NCBI RefSeq assembly: GCF_006345805.1
Contig: NC_043006.1
Span: forward strand, 26,908,001 to 26,972,000
Reading direction: 5' to 3'
Origin: Octopus sinensis
Taxonomy: Eukaryota
Length of the DNA stretch: 64,000 nt
Translations under genes and position numbers: made by a program
Notes under the pieces: generated by a model
Database searches by the model: none
What the model saw: the letters and a program-made list of their open reading frames with translations, nothing else
Told to the model about the DNA's origin: nothing
Part shown: one piece after another, positions 13,741 through 27,532 of the stretch
How positions within the stretch are numbered: position 1 is the stretch's first letter
Layout of the letters: each line of letters starts with the position of its first letter

Positions 13741-15589
13741 TATGTATAAATGTGTGTGTTTGTGTATGCGTGTGTGTGTGTGTGTTACTGTCTCCTTGCC
13801 TTGATATTGTATGGTAGTTGTAAATGAACATCAGTGTCATGCAAGCAGTGTCCATCATTTCCAATATTCTGCAGAAATGTCTGGTCATGGGGAAATAGTA
13901 ACCTACTTGGAAACAGGTGAGGGTTAGTGGCAGGAAGGACATCTAGCCATAGAAAATCTGCCTTGACAAATTCCATCCAGCACATTTAAGCATGGAAAAA
14001 TGGGCATTAAACTGCTGTAAAGTGATTGAATAGCATCCAGCTATAAATATGCTAAAGCGGATGTAGAGCATGATGCAGTCTATGGATCACTGGAGCCTGT
14101 TAAATCTTCCAACCACTGCCAGCATAAAATATGAATGTTAAATGATAACAATGACTCAGATATTGGGTTAAATTGAAGTAGTTGTGAGCATTAAGGGTTT
14201 TTTTCACTGTTTTACAATCATGTTTTGAAGTATTTAGAATGGCAAGTCAAAGTGTGTGAATGAATCGGAAGACTGAGAAGCATTTGCTAAACAAAGAAAA
14301 TCGGGGAAAGTGAATAAAACAAAATGAAAAATACAATAACAAGAAAAACTACCAGAAACAATCAGGATGGATTTGTGTCAACACTTTCCTGTGATAAAGA
14401 AGGTAAAGAAGTTGTACTAAAGAAGAGAAATTAAAGTGGTTCCTGAGAGATCAAGTGATAGCAGTTTGGAACAAACCCAAAGATTCTGTATTCCTGATAA
14501 GAGATTTGCTAGAGAAGCAATAAAGTGTTTGGAGCTTCATTACACATTAGAATATTTTCAAACATTTCTAAGAAAAACCAATAACAAAAATATTCTCAAC
14601 TTACTTCTTGACAGGGTTCAGTATAACCCAATCCTTAGAGCAGAATTTCAAACTTTAATAAAAAAAAATCTAAAGTTGAACACAGCCAAGAATAAAAATA
14701 ATCCTAAAAATTTCAGTAAGATTTCTCTTTCACCAATAAATAAAAAACATTTTCTGTATACATCTGGACATCTGAGATTTTCAAATTTTGGCACAAGACC
14801 AGTAATTCTAGAGGAGAGGATAAGTGGAGATCAACACCCCTACCTGCCACTGCTCAACTGGTACTATTTATCAACCCCAAAAAGATAACAGGCAAACTTG
14901 ACCGTGGCAGAATTTGAACTCAGAATGTAACAATGGACAAGATGCCACTAAGCATTTTGCCCAGCGCACTAGTGATTCTGCCAAGAATAATATTAGTCAT
15001 CCACTGCGTGGCACTTTGGGCAAGTGTCTTCCACTATAGCCCCGAGCTGACCGGAGCTTTGTGATTGAATTCGGTAGGTGGAAGTTACTGCCGTGTGTGT
15101 ATATGTGCGTGTAGGTGCTTGTGCCTCTCCGAAAGAGAGAGAGGGATATGGCCTGTTTTCAGATTTCACTGAAGAATTGGATATATGTTCTGCTAATTAG
15201 AGGTAATAGTTCTATATTTAAGAGATAAGGAATTATGTACATTATTTATAGTGAAGCTATCAATTTATATAGTAACTAGGGTTAAAAAGAGATAAAAGAA
15301 TTGCTACGTCTGTTGATAACTAAAGATTTATTACTTTGGTTACATGACATATTAGTGAAAAAGTATGAAATGATGGCAAAGAAACAAGGTAAGGGGAAAT
15401 CGTAATTTTAGGTATAACAAATGCACTTGAGTTACTTCAAACTACAGCTTTGAACTAAGATTTAATTAACCCTGCAAATGGAATTATTTAACAGAAAAAA
15501 AGTTAGATGAGGTAGGTAAAAACCTTTCTACAAGAACAATCTAAATGAGGCATATTTAGTAAATGTATAGATATTAAACATATGGAGAT

Positions 15590-15669
15590 ATATATATATA
15601 TATATATACAGATATATAAACATGGATACATATATAGAAACATAGACGTATAGATATATGAACAGATGG

Positions 15670-15702
<33 letters not shown>

Positions 15703-15900
15703 ATATCTATAATACATATATAATATCTATATATACATATATATATATAATATCTATATATACATATATAATATCTATATATACATATATATATAATATC
15801 TATATATACATATATATATAATATCTATATATACATATATATAATATCTATATATACATATATATATAATATCTATATATACATATATATATAATATCTA
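15590..15900. repeat. Compound AT-rich mini/microsatellite (tataatatctatatatacata)n
   Basis: Directly visible tandem units of about 24-28 bp. Confidence 0.9.
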
Positions 15901-17720
15901 TAGAGCAAGATTCTGTTCAATGTACTTTTCTTGTAATTGTCTAACAGTAAAGATACAATCAGCTGTGCTCCTGGAGGAACGATGAGAGTCAGACACTATA
16001 TTTGGAACTATAAAGGTATTTAAACGTTCTAACAAAATGCAGCCAAGTACCTTTCCAACCACAGACAAAAGCGAAATCCCTCGAAAATTACCACACACAT
16101 CTTTTGGCCCTGATTTATACAAGGAGACTAAAATGGCATCAATCCAGTCTTGAGGCACTTTCTCAGTTCTCCAACAGTGAGGAATTAATATATTTAAGAG
16201 TTCAAACATTTTGTCACTCCCATATTTCAAGACTTCTGCACAGATCCCATCAGACCCTGGAGACTTATTGTTATTCAGTTTATTCACAGCTAAATAAATA
16301 TCATTCAGTGCTGGTTCAAATACCATCTCTTCTATAACTGGAAGGTGTTCAATTTTTTCTATTGTCCTCATGTCAACGGATGATCGTCTATTCAAAAGTC
16401 CAGAAAAATGTTCTACCCAACACTTATGAATAGAAGCGGTGTCAATCAGAAGAAAATGTCTATTTACTGTTCTCACTGGAGCTATTGAGGAAGATTTTGG
16501 GCCATATACCTCCTTAACATAAGAGTACAAACCCTTGGCATCATTTCTATCAGCTGCTTCTTGTGCCCCTTTTGCTCTATCATTCCACCATTCCTGTTTA
16601 ATTTTCCTTAGAGCAGTCTGCACTTTCCTTTGCAGCTTTATGTAAGTTTCATTTGAGTTGGAGTTCAAGGACTGAGAAAGAAGTGTATTGCCTAAGTTAT
16701 GTTTTTCTAAAAGTAGATCATGAATTTCTGCTGATCTATCTGAGAAACAGGCACTGGATTTATGAGATTTAAATCCCACTGATGAACTTGCAGCCTGAAA
16801 TACTTTTGTTTTGAAACCTTCCCATAGATTGTTTGGGTTAAGATTGATACTTTCTATAGCACTGTGGAATCTTTGTAAGTTGCTTGATAATTTAAAGTTT
16901 GCAACATTTAACTTTTTGGATACATTAGGACACGACTGTCGATTTTTAGGCATTACTGCAAAATCTGTTTTTCTATGCACTAGATGATGGTCAGTCCAGC
17001 TCTCTGCCCCTCTCAAGACCCGAATGCTAGAAACGTCTTTCATATCACGTTTCCTGATCAGAATATAATCTATAAGATGCCAGTGCTTAGGTCTTGAGTG
17101 CATCCAGGTGGTTTTATATTTATTTTTCTACTTAAACAGAGTGTTGGTGACAACCAGATTATTCTCAGTACAAAACATCAAAAGAGCTACTCCATTTTTA
17201 TTGCATTTTCCAATCCCACGTCAACCTAAAACAGGCCATGAAACAGTCCTTTCCAGCTCTTGCATTGAAATCTCCCAGTATGACCAGCTTGTCAGAAGAA
17301 ATTGGTACTTTCCTCAATAAGTGAGCTAGATCGTCATAAAACTGTCCTACAGTTTCATCAGAATGGGACATTATTAGTGCATAAATACTGACAACGGTAA
17401 GAAACCTACCATTTGTCAGTTTAATACGGCATGACATGATCCGTTCAGATATACCACTTGGAAGCTCTGCAATGGAGGATGCTAATGTATTCTTGAGAGC
17501 AAACCCAACACCAGATTCTCTACGCTGACTCTTATGTCAGGTTGCTCTTGATTGCTACTGGTAACATGTAAACCAGTACAACCTGTTGCATGATTAGGTT
17601 GTCAGCAACTAAACTGGCAACCACACCAGGCTTTCTTGGTGAGGAGGGTGTTTTTGGATATTTTGTAGGATGAAAAATAAGACCTGTCAAAGAATGGATG
17701 AACTCCTGAACAGTCAACGG
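15898..17720 (-). mobile_element. RTE/BovB-like LINE: APE endonuclease and N-terminal RT, 3' part missing
   Basis: LVILGDFNAR, HWHLIDYIL, WTDHHLV, KSPGSDGI, NFRGISLLSVVGK, RQLQEK. Confidence 0.9.
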
Positions 17721-17944
17721 CCATCCAACAAAATGTCTGTAAATATGTATATATCTTCTTTGTTTTTTTATATGTGTATATATGTATAATTTTACTTTAT
17801 ATATACATATTTTTTAATTGCATATCTTACTTTTTTTATATTTATATATAATTCTTATTTACATTTGCAAATCACATATCGTACACACATATATACACAC
17901 ACATATATATACAAACAAATATAGATATAAACTCATATATATAG

Positions 17945-17977
<33 letters not shown>

Positions 17978-19397
17978 TATATGTATATAGAAATCTAAAA
18001 AATAAAACAAGAATGCAACAGATTACAGTAAAACATCTTGACAGATAGCGATGCACAGACAAACAGGAAAAAACAAGGAAGAGTCATTTATGGCCTTCTC
18101 TCCCCAGTCAAGTTTCCAGATTATCCTTACAGCTTTGGCTGGTTACACTCGGAACTGTTCAAATCTGGTTGGCCCCACAAATCTAAGCTAAGGGTATTAA
18201 ATATTTTGGGAGAATGCAAGCAAATGTATATGACAACAAAGACAACAAAAAAACAGAGAAAATGTTACACAATTACAAATGACAAGTAAATAACAGATGT
18301 CTTTCAACTAATAGAGGCAAATCAAATGGAGCTGGTGTGTGTGGAGTGAAAGCTGCTTTGGGGCTGGAACATCGATGAACGTAAGAGATGAAAGTCTTAC
18401 GTTCACGAGAAAGGAATATAAGAGATGCTTTGCGGCCAGCAGTTACGCCAAGAAAGAAAGATCATGCTTGGCCGAACACCAGTCATGTGGAAGAATTAAA
18501 GGGAGAACGAGAAAGAGAATCAAAGGGACACGGAGAAGGTACAAGGGGGATAAACGAGGAAAAGTAGGTAGATTAAAGAAAGAGAAAGCCAAGACCTGTA
18601 CAAGAAGGGGAGTGAGAAAAGGAAAAGAGGAAAGAAAGGAAGTCTGAGAGGAACTAAAAGAAAGAGTGGAAGAGTCGTACAGAATTCAGATACATATTTA
18701 AAAGGTGGGCAAAAGTATACGTATGCCAGTATATGTTAATGGTACTTTTGCTGAAAAGGCCTATTTTCACCCCAACTTTACACTCAATTCTCTCATCAAA
18801 ATGCTTCCCAAACATACTTTCTCTACACTCCCATTCCCATCATGTGAAAATTCCCCCAATTAATCATCCAATTCAACAAGGTAAGTTAGTGACATCCCTC
18901 ATATCATCCAATGCACTAGCATTTCCTTCAATCCTCAGCCAACACTTTAGTCTTTCTTTCTCTACAAACATGAAGCTGGACATGAAGATGAATTCAAAGA
19001 CCATAAATTCAATGAAACTGGTGTAGCTGGACATGACAGTTCTGTTAAGGACCAGAAGAATTAGCTGAATGCATAAAATTTGCTAAGAAGCCATAATGGA
19101 AATGGTGATGTGATCACCAAAATGCAGTTTTTATACTATTACAACGAAGATACCTCGAACCAAACTGGAAATATTTACATGAACCTCACAAACCCATCAG
19201 ATTCCTTGAAATTTGCATGGTGGACTATTACTGACTCCATGAGTGATAGTGGATATTTACATCAACCGGTACAAAAAAAACACAAGGCAGATAAGGCCAC
19301 CTATATTTATGCCATCCAATTTAAAACATGTACACAGCATGTATAAATTTACATCAACTGATGTCATGAGATTAAAAGTAAAATTAATCTTCCTTAC

Positions 19398-19456
19398 CAA
19401 AATTGCCATTTTCAAGAGCTTTAGCCACAAATAGTTCATCACCTTGCCGGAGTTTC
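19398..19456 (-). CDS. SGO: Shugoshin exon 9, second half of SGO motif (KLRQGDELFVAKALENGNF)
   Basis: Acceptor tttttcatatttag, donor gtaagg, 59 nt, phase 2 to 1. KLRQGD corresponds to KLRRGD. Confidence 0.92.
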
Positions 19457-19621
19457 CTAAATATGAAAAACAATTAAAAAACTTTTAGAATGCTAGACAA
19501 TTAAGAGGGATTAGAACACAAAACATTATCTTTTGTTAACATTTCTTTAAAAATAAAAAAATTAAAAAAAACTTCCTTTCTGAAAACAAATTTTTAAAAA
19601 TTGAATCACATAAACTTTTAA

Positions 19622-19840
19622 CCCTTTAGTGTTTAGACCGGCCATATCTGGCCAAAATATTCTACCTATTTTATGTTCAAACTGGCCAGATGTGGTCATT
19701 CATAGCTACCTTATTGTGTCATTTTAAAAATAAACAATCACATCATTGAAATCTCAAAGTCATGAAATGATGCAAGATTAATTTTACATGGTGTGAATAC
19801 ATAAGCTTTACATTTGACAGAATAATCTGAATGCTAAAGG
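19622..19840. mobile_element. piggyBac-type MITE, second family (also at 54437-54648)
   Basis: cccttt..accggcca..ttttatgttcaaactggccagat body and aaaggg end shared by the two copies. Confidence 0.6.
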
Positions 19841-20224
19841 GTGAAAGCAGTGACAGCAGCAGCTGAGAGAATGAGTGAGTGAATGATTGAGTGAATGATT
19901 GAGTGAGTGTGTGTGTTTCTGCTTATAACTGTGCTCACTTATATGAAAGACATAGCATCTGAGTAGTGTTGTTGTTAGCACTTTCATCAATAAATCATCT
20001 GCTCCCTTCGTGCTTTTGAAACTGTGTGGAACAAGAGATTCGTTATTTGAAAACCTGGTATGGGGAGACATGAGGAAGAATAGCCAGCTGTAAAATAATA
20101 CTTCAGTAACATATTAGTCTAACCTGTGCTGGCATGGAAAAATGAACCTAAAAATGGACAAAGAAAAACAATGCAACATTTTTCAGGCATAGAAAAACAC
20201 AATTTGTATGATTAACATAGCTGT

Positions 20225-20940
20225 ATGTATGCAGGCATCATAGAATCTGCCTTTCACCTCTCCCCCAGAATGAAAGGCAGACTGTATGATGCCTGTGTAT
20301 ATACAGCTGTGTTACATGGCAGTGAAACATGGGCTATGATTACAGAGGATTTGCGAAGACTTGAAAGAAATGAAGCTAGCAGGCTTCACTGGCTGGGTAA
20401 TGTCAGTATGCATGCACAACAGAGTGTAAATGAATTAAGAGGTAAAATGGGTATAAGAGGCACCAGATGTTGTGTGCGAGAGAGAAAACTGTGCTAGTTT
20501 GGTCAGGTGATGTGTATGGATGAGGACAGCTGAGTAAAGAAGTGCTGAGCTCTAATTGTGGAGGGTACCTGTAGAACGGGTATACCCAGGAAGACATGGG
20601 ACGAAGTGGTGAGAAAGGATCTTCGGATGTTGGGCCTCACTCAGGAAATGACAAGGGACCAGGAGATGTGGTGATTTGCTGTCCTTGATAAGGCATGTCA
20701 AGCTAAGTAAAATTGCTGTCTTCCACATATACAGGCTTGTCCTTTCAGGAGCCAGTGACACATAAAAGGCACCCAGCACACTCTTAAGTGGTTGGTGTTA
20801 GGGAAGACATCCAGCTGTAGAAACTATGCATCAACAGACAGCTGGAGTTTGTGCAAATCCCTGCAGTCTAGCTCCTTGTCAAACCATCCAACCCAGGCCA
20901 GCATGGAAAGCAGACGTTTAACAATGATGTATGATAACAA
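20225..20940 (+). mobile_element. 5'-truncated RTE LINE (RT C-terminus, 3' UTR and tail)
   Basis: KGRLYDACV..LHGSETWA, RKTWDEVVRKDL, followed by the family 3' tail. Confidence 0.85.
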
Positions 20941-22081
20941 TCATGTCGTCAGAGGTACCAGCAGCAATTTACCATTATTTGTCTGCGCCATCTTCCTTCG
21001 TACCTGGCTAGAAACATTGTAGCTCTTTTTGGGTGGTAGCCTTGATTAACACCATTACCTTGTCCTTGGGTGTTTTTAGCAGAGTTCACTCTATTTACAA
21101 GTAGGATACTGGTCTGAAGATAGCTTGATATCTACATTGCCTACCCCACTAACCTCAGAGGTTCATCAAAAGTCATAACACTCCCTTCCACCTCTGATTA
21201 AGCCATAAATACAGGCAAAAATCTTTAAACAGAAATGTCACCTTACCCTTTCTCATACCCAAACTACATTTTGTCCCAAATGACTACATCTTGCTCTGAT
21301 TGCCATCCCTTTTTAAATTAATTTAACCACTTCCTTAATTCATATCTATTACATCATTCTGATTTTCCTTCTTTTTTCATATCTTATTTTATGTAACAAT
21401 ACCTCACAGAGTGACAACCATGCCCAGCACAGTTACAGGTTGCCCCTTGGCAAGGTATAGCACCCATGGGACTGTAGCATGGTGGATTGTGAAGAGGGAG
21501 TGAAAGAGCTCAACTGAGCCAATGGTGCTTCTTACATTGATGCCGAGTAGAGAAATCCTAGAAGATCAATGGTCAGGATCAGCAACTTCTATCAAGAGTA
21601 GCTAAAATGCATCCATAGGAATGGCATCCATGGTTGGAAAGATTCACTATAACTCAAGCTCAAATTCATAATAATGGAACTGGATGGTAACAGAGAATCA
21701 TGGGAATCCACAAAAGCATTTTATCTATTTATTTTATTCTTGGATAAAATATATGATGTGATTGTGCTCTAAGTTGTTGTTTTTTTACCCTTGATTCACA
21801 ATCTATATGCAGCTTGTGTGTATAAATGTCTATTGCCACCATCATTTGAACCATGTTATCAATCTGAAAATAAGTTCTTTTCTTCCTCCCACCAGTATCA
21901 AAGGCCCTGAAAAGTAACAGATCTTCTATTTCTGACAAAACCATAAAAGAAAAATTAAGCTATACCAATAATCCCACTCTTAATTTGCAAATATCAAATG
22001 ATTTAGCTTTCATCTTACTCACTGTTCCAAATTCTAATTTTGAAGTAAAGTAACTCAGCTTCAATAGTCTCTTAAACATTA

Positions 22082-22580
22082 CTAGCAGTATCGCCCGGCG
22101 TTGCTCGGGTTTGTAAGGGAAATAACTATATAAGCATTTTTAGAGAGTTACTTCCCTTATAGATGCCAATTCGGGCTTTCTTAGCCATTTCTGTTTTGGT
22201 GTCTTCAAGCCATAAAGTCGTTGTTCTAAAAGAACGCTGGTCTCCTTGACAACGCTTTACGACGTTAATTTCCTTACACTCCCTTCCCCACAGCTTCACG
22301 AGGGAGGGAAGAAGGGGGAGAAGCAACACAGGTGTGAGCGTGGACGCCAACTCCGCCGCCATCGACACACGAAAAAATATGCGTTAAAATAGAATAAAAA
22401 ATGATGTTAAATTATTTTTTAAATCGTAGACGCGCGCTAATACCCAGACGGGCTCGATATGAATCACGACTATAAGATACCCGAATTTGGTTAAACTGCA
22501 CCGCAAAATGTGGGAGTAGTTAGGAATCTAAATCGTAGGAGACAGACACTCACACAACTACAGTTTTATATATATATAGA
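22082..22580 (-). mobile_element. Non-autonomous Helitron
   Basis: Minus strand reads A|TC...hairpin(cccgagcaacgccggg)...CTAG|T, the canonical Helitron termini at an AT target. Confidence 0.8.
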
Positions 22581-23189
22581 TATCATGAGCAATGTGATTG
22601 GCCCTTCAATATAATTTTATATTCTTGGTTTACATATTTAGTCACAATGGAAATTTCTTATATTAACCAATAAAAAAATGTTATAATTGGTACAAGTAAC
22701 TTTCAGCTACCCATTTTGGTTATCATCAATGTTATGCCAACTTTTTTTATGTTTAAATGAGTTAGACAAGTTATTGAGGCAATACTCTATGGTCACATAG
22801 CTTTCCAGTTGCCAACCTTACTTGCATTTCAAATATTTTCATTGCGCTGATCTTCATACATCAAAACCAACAAAACTACTAAGCTACAGGCTGTGTTGTT
22901 CACAGGAGTCATAAACAAATGTCACTGCAGCTCAAATAGTGTTTATGTCAAGATATGTAAAAAGGCTGTGCCATGACTTTTGCAGAACCTCTGAGGCTGG
23001 TAGGGCAAACAACGGAGACATCAAGTTATCCTCGACCAGTGACCTGCTTATAACAGAGTGAACTCTGCTAAAAACACCCAAATGTGGTATCAAGAGACTA
23101 TAAAGTAGGTTTACTACCCAAGAAGAGGTACAGTATGACAGGGTTCCATCTACCCAGTTTCATTTACAAGGCTTTAGTCAACCAACCAA

Positions 23190-23226
<37 letters not shown>

Positions 23227-24088
23227 ACACACACACAATAAGCTTCCATACAGCTTCTGGCAACTGAATTTCATTTGCAGGACATTGATCAGCATGAAGT
23301 TATAGTAGAAGACTTTGCCCAAAATGCTTCAGACCAAATAAGTGCAAAGAAAACTTTGCAACTACACAGCTATGCTTGCACCTATTTTATCATCATCAAA
23401 TTTAGTGTGTAACAAAATTTGAATGATCTTCATGCATCTGTGAATTTGAAAAAAAAAAACAAGTATGACTTACACAGACATGACTGACAACAGTTAGCTT
23501 AGAAAACAAATTTGAAGATTATCTTTTTGCGGAGAATATTGAAAATACAGGTAGACAAACTCTAGCAGTAATAATTTCCTTTATCAGTAGTGGTGAAAAT
23601 GAAATTGAAGCAATTCATGAAGAAAGTGATGCTGTGCTGTAATATCACTTGGTTTAGAAAATTGAGAGAGAGATTTTTAATATGTACTTTTCTCAGTGGC
23701 CAGGGAATATGGAAAAGAAACTTAAAACAATGTAAGTGATATGAGCAATTGGTTGGAGCAGTTGACAAGTGAACTTTGTAACCATATTTCCTTGTCGTAT
23801 TTTCCCATCTGAAAGGAGGACATTATGGACAATGCAGTCCTGGTTACAGTAAATATGAAAAATATGAAGATTGGATGGCCATGACAGGTGCAGCTATTCT
23901 GAAATAAAACCAACTGGAAGACAGGTGAGACTTTATGACAAGCTTCCTCTCTTCACCCATTCTCTGTAAATTGAGTTGTACAAAAGAGGCTAAGTCGTTA
24001 TAAGATATAGCAGAACAAAACTTTTACAAGTCCTGATTTCATTGACATTTTTATAGCAATTACATTATTAAATAATAGTTATACTTAC

Positions 24089-24163
24089 AAGTTTAATGCA
24101 GGCTCTCTGTATGATATTGATTTAATGGCATTTCTTCGAGGACGTTTAACACTAAAGGTGTCC
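24089..24163 (-). CDS. SGO: Shugoshin exon 8, first half of SGO motif (DTFSVKRPRRNAIKSISYREPALN)
   Basis: Acceptor ttttatttatcag, donor gtaagt, 75 nt, phase 2 to 2. Matches the SGO motif consensus RR..Y.EP.L. Confidence 0.93.
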
Positions 24164-25151
24164 CTGATAAATAAAAAATAAAAACGTGTTAAAAATTTTT
24201 CCTGATCCAAACAAGTGTTTTAACAATTCAGTAATATATTTCATTTTTATACATATTAATTTGCTGGAAACACGTTTAGCCTAACTGAAAATAATTATGT
24301 TGGAATTATACTACAAACATTTTCAACAACTCCACAACATATTACATGAGCTTTGTTAAGTTAGTCATCAATAAGTATGGGTATGACTTGTTTAAATGCT
24401 AACAAGGGAAACCTTAGCTTTGATCAATAAATTAGTATCAGTTAGGCACATGCCACAAATTTCAATAACTGACTATATTGATCCCCAGTATCTATGTTGA
24501 AAATTATTTGCTTAGGGAAGTTCTAAACAACTCTTCAGTCTTAATCTCTGCAAGTTTATGCATGTAAGAAAAAATTCTAATAGGATACATTTTCCAAAAG
24601 GAATGTTTGAGGGTTGACACATGGTAGAGATTATAAAGAGAAGTGAAGAAGGAATTAGGTGGCCTCCAGTAGAGGTGTTACAGAGATTGCTAGTTGTACT
24701 TTGAGAAAAATGAGTGCAGTCTGTTGAGTGTTTTTGTCTCCTCATTCACCATTTTCCAGTTATTACAATTTTACAGGAACAAAATCAAAGGAATGTACTG
24801 TGCTTTAATGTCACATTTTTGGCTTAGTTTCTACAACTGATCCTCTTCCCAATGCAAACCTCTTCACAAAGGGCATTGGGTGCATTTTACATGATACCAG
24901 CACTAATGAGGTTGTCATATAATTCACAAAACTAAAAAGCCTTTAAGTATATGTTTGACATATTGTTATAAACATTTAATAAATATTCATTTTCTGTAAT
25001 GATCAAATATGAAATTATAAACAGCCACGCAATTCCACAAGAACATAAGAGGATCTAATCCCACCTTTTAAATTAATTTTATTTTGCTTGTTTCATTCTT
25101 GCCATTCACAACCATTACTTTTGCGTCATGATCATTTTGCTATGAATTATT

Positions 25152-25575
25152 ATCATCATCATCATTTAACATCCACTTTTCATGCTAGCATAGGTTGGAC
25201 GGTTTGACTGGGGTCTGGGAAGCCAGGAGGCTGCATCAGGCCCAGTCTGATCTGGCAGTGTTTCTACAGCTGGATGCCCTTCCTAACGCCAACCACTCCG
25301 TGAGTGTAGTGGGTGCTTTTACGTGCCACCAGCACAGGTACCATGTGAGGCTGGCAATGGCCACGATTGGTAGGTGCTTTTTACGTGCCACCAGCACAGA
25401 GGCCAGTTAGAGTGGCGCTGGCAACGGCCACATTCGGATAGTTCTTCTACGTACCACCAGCACTGGTATCACAACTACAATTTCCATGGATTTTTTATCG
25501 ATTTCGATTTCACTTGCCTCAACAGATCTTCACAAGTAGAGTTTTGTGTCCCAAGAAGGAAAGGTATGCATTAAA
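25152..25575 (-). mobile_element. RTE 3' tail copy. Further copies at 25984-26125 (minus) and 26190-26454 (plus)
   Basis: catcatcatttaac...ggttggacgg...ggatgcccttcctaacgccaacc family sequence. Confidence 0.8.
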
Positions 25576-27189
25576 AATGTTCCAATATTTTTGAGCATCA
25601 GTGGAGAACCTTTTAGTGTCAAGGTAAATTGCAAGTTCCTAAGAACCTGTGAGGGAGAGTATAATCTCAACAAAAACAACAATATAGGCTTTCTGGTATG
25701 GTTTCTTATTACTGAATAGTGGAATTCCTAAAATGTGGTAGCTTGGGCATTAAAGTGGACATTAAAGAAACACTGGAAAATGAAGATAATTTCTTCTGAA
25801 GATTCAGAAGTATCAAAATCAAATGAAGAGTTTGCATGGTGTTCTATTTGCATTAGTGATATGCTTAATGCCACTAATAATACATAATGTAAGGCAGTAT
25901 AAAATTAGTAATATCTTAAGTGTAAATGTCAAAATTGATGACCATTAATGTAGAGGAATTAATCATACACATACTTTCTCAAATCATCATCATTTAACGC
26001 CTGTTTTCCATGCTGGTATGGGTTGGACGGTTTGACTGAAAACTGGTAAGCAGGGGAGCCCCAACAGGTTCCAATTTTCTTTGGCATGGTTTCTACAGCT
26101 GGATGCCCTTCCTAATGCCAACCTAAACTATGAATATTCACTGAGATATATGTATACCTTTTTTATGCAACAAATGTATTTTTAATGCATCAGCCTCGCC
26201 TGGCCTCCGTGCCGGTGGCACGTAAAAAGCACCATCCAATCGTGGCCGTTTGCCAGCCTCGTCTGGCACCTGTGCCGGTGGCACGTAAAAAGTACCCACT
26301 ACACTCATGGAGTGGTTGGCGTTAGGAAGGGCATCCAGCCGTAGAAACATTGCCAGATCAGACTGGGCATGGTGCAGCCTTCTGGCTTCCCAGACCACAG
26401 TTGAACCGTCCAACCCATGCTAGCATGGAAAGTGGATGCTAAATGATGATGATGAATTAAGCTATTAACTAAATCCGTATGAATGAGATAGCCTCACTGG
26501 AACACAAAATATATTTCATTACTTTTGATAGGAGAAATCCACTCATATTAAATATTTATATACTATATTCTCAAACAAACAAAAATATTTTTTACAATAT
26601 CTTAAACAGCACTTATCTTTTATATTTATTGCTGAAAGCTATTTAGAAATTTATAAACATTTATCCAAGACCTGATTATTAGCAATGCTTGAATAAACAG
26701 CTTAAATTTTTTTAACAGTGAATCACAGTGTATGAATGGTTCACATACAATGAACCAAAACAGGAACCGTTATGTGGTCACTGAGTCAATGTGAACATTG
26801 TTGTATTTACTGAATCAACAAAATAGTCACTGTGACTGATTTCTCAGACCACAGCCTATCTAGAAAAAAAGAGACCACATTGAATACTGTAGTCCAGCAC
26901 AGACTAGAGCTGTGGAAGAAAAGACTGTCTTGATGAACAATACCAACTGAAGGTTAATCAATGACAAGACTGAACCTCAATTATAGACAAATTAAACATA
27001 TATATTTAAAATAAATGTCAATGTATATTTATATTCTAGAATAACCAATAAAATTATGCAATGAATGAAATTTCAACTTCATATGAAAATAGTTCATAAA
27101 CATGAAAACAAACATTTTTATAAGTTCAGAATTTGCAACAAAACTCAAATGCTGATGATACTACATAAAAATTAAAAAAAAAGATTTAC

Positions 27190-27326
27190 CCATAATTATC
27201 TTCAGATAGACGTTTTGGCGTATTTTTGGAAAAATTTAAAGGACTTGTATTTCTTGAAGTGGCTTCTGCTGGCAAATCAGTGAGTTCCACATCAATATTT
27301 TCCTTGATTTCACAAATTAATGTTGC
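27190..27326 (-). CDS. SGO: Shugoshin exon 7 (ATLICEIKENIDVELTDLP...SEDNY)
   Basis: Acceptor ttttcttttccag, donor gtaaat, 137 nt, phase 0 to 2. Confidence 0.85.
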
Positions 27327-27532
27327 CTGGAAAAGAAAATTTGATTATGAACAGCAAACAGTATATCATTATAACTCTTCAAGTGACCAAAAATCTGAAG
27401 CTTTTTCAGTAATATTTACTCATGATTAAAAAAAAAAATAAATAAGTGAATCCCTCTTATTTCAATCTTATAATCCATTAGTAAAAAGTAATTATGAAAA
27501 GCATCTGAAAAAAAATTTTAGAGATGATTTAC

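Noticed and set aside
14436-14888. 150-aa plus-strand ORF
   Set aside because: AT-rich with no recognisable domain, starts at GTG, and its end runs into a SINE fragment.
23760-23808. Possible continuation of the SGO motif (GKIRQGNM)
   Set aside because: The acceptor gives the wrong phase for exon 8. The exon at 19398-19456 (KLRQGD) fits both phase and motif.
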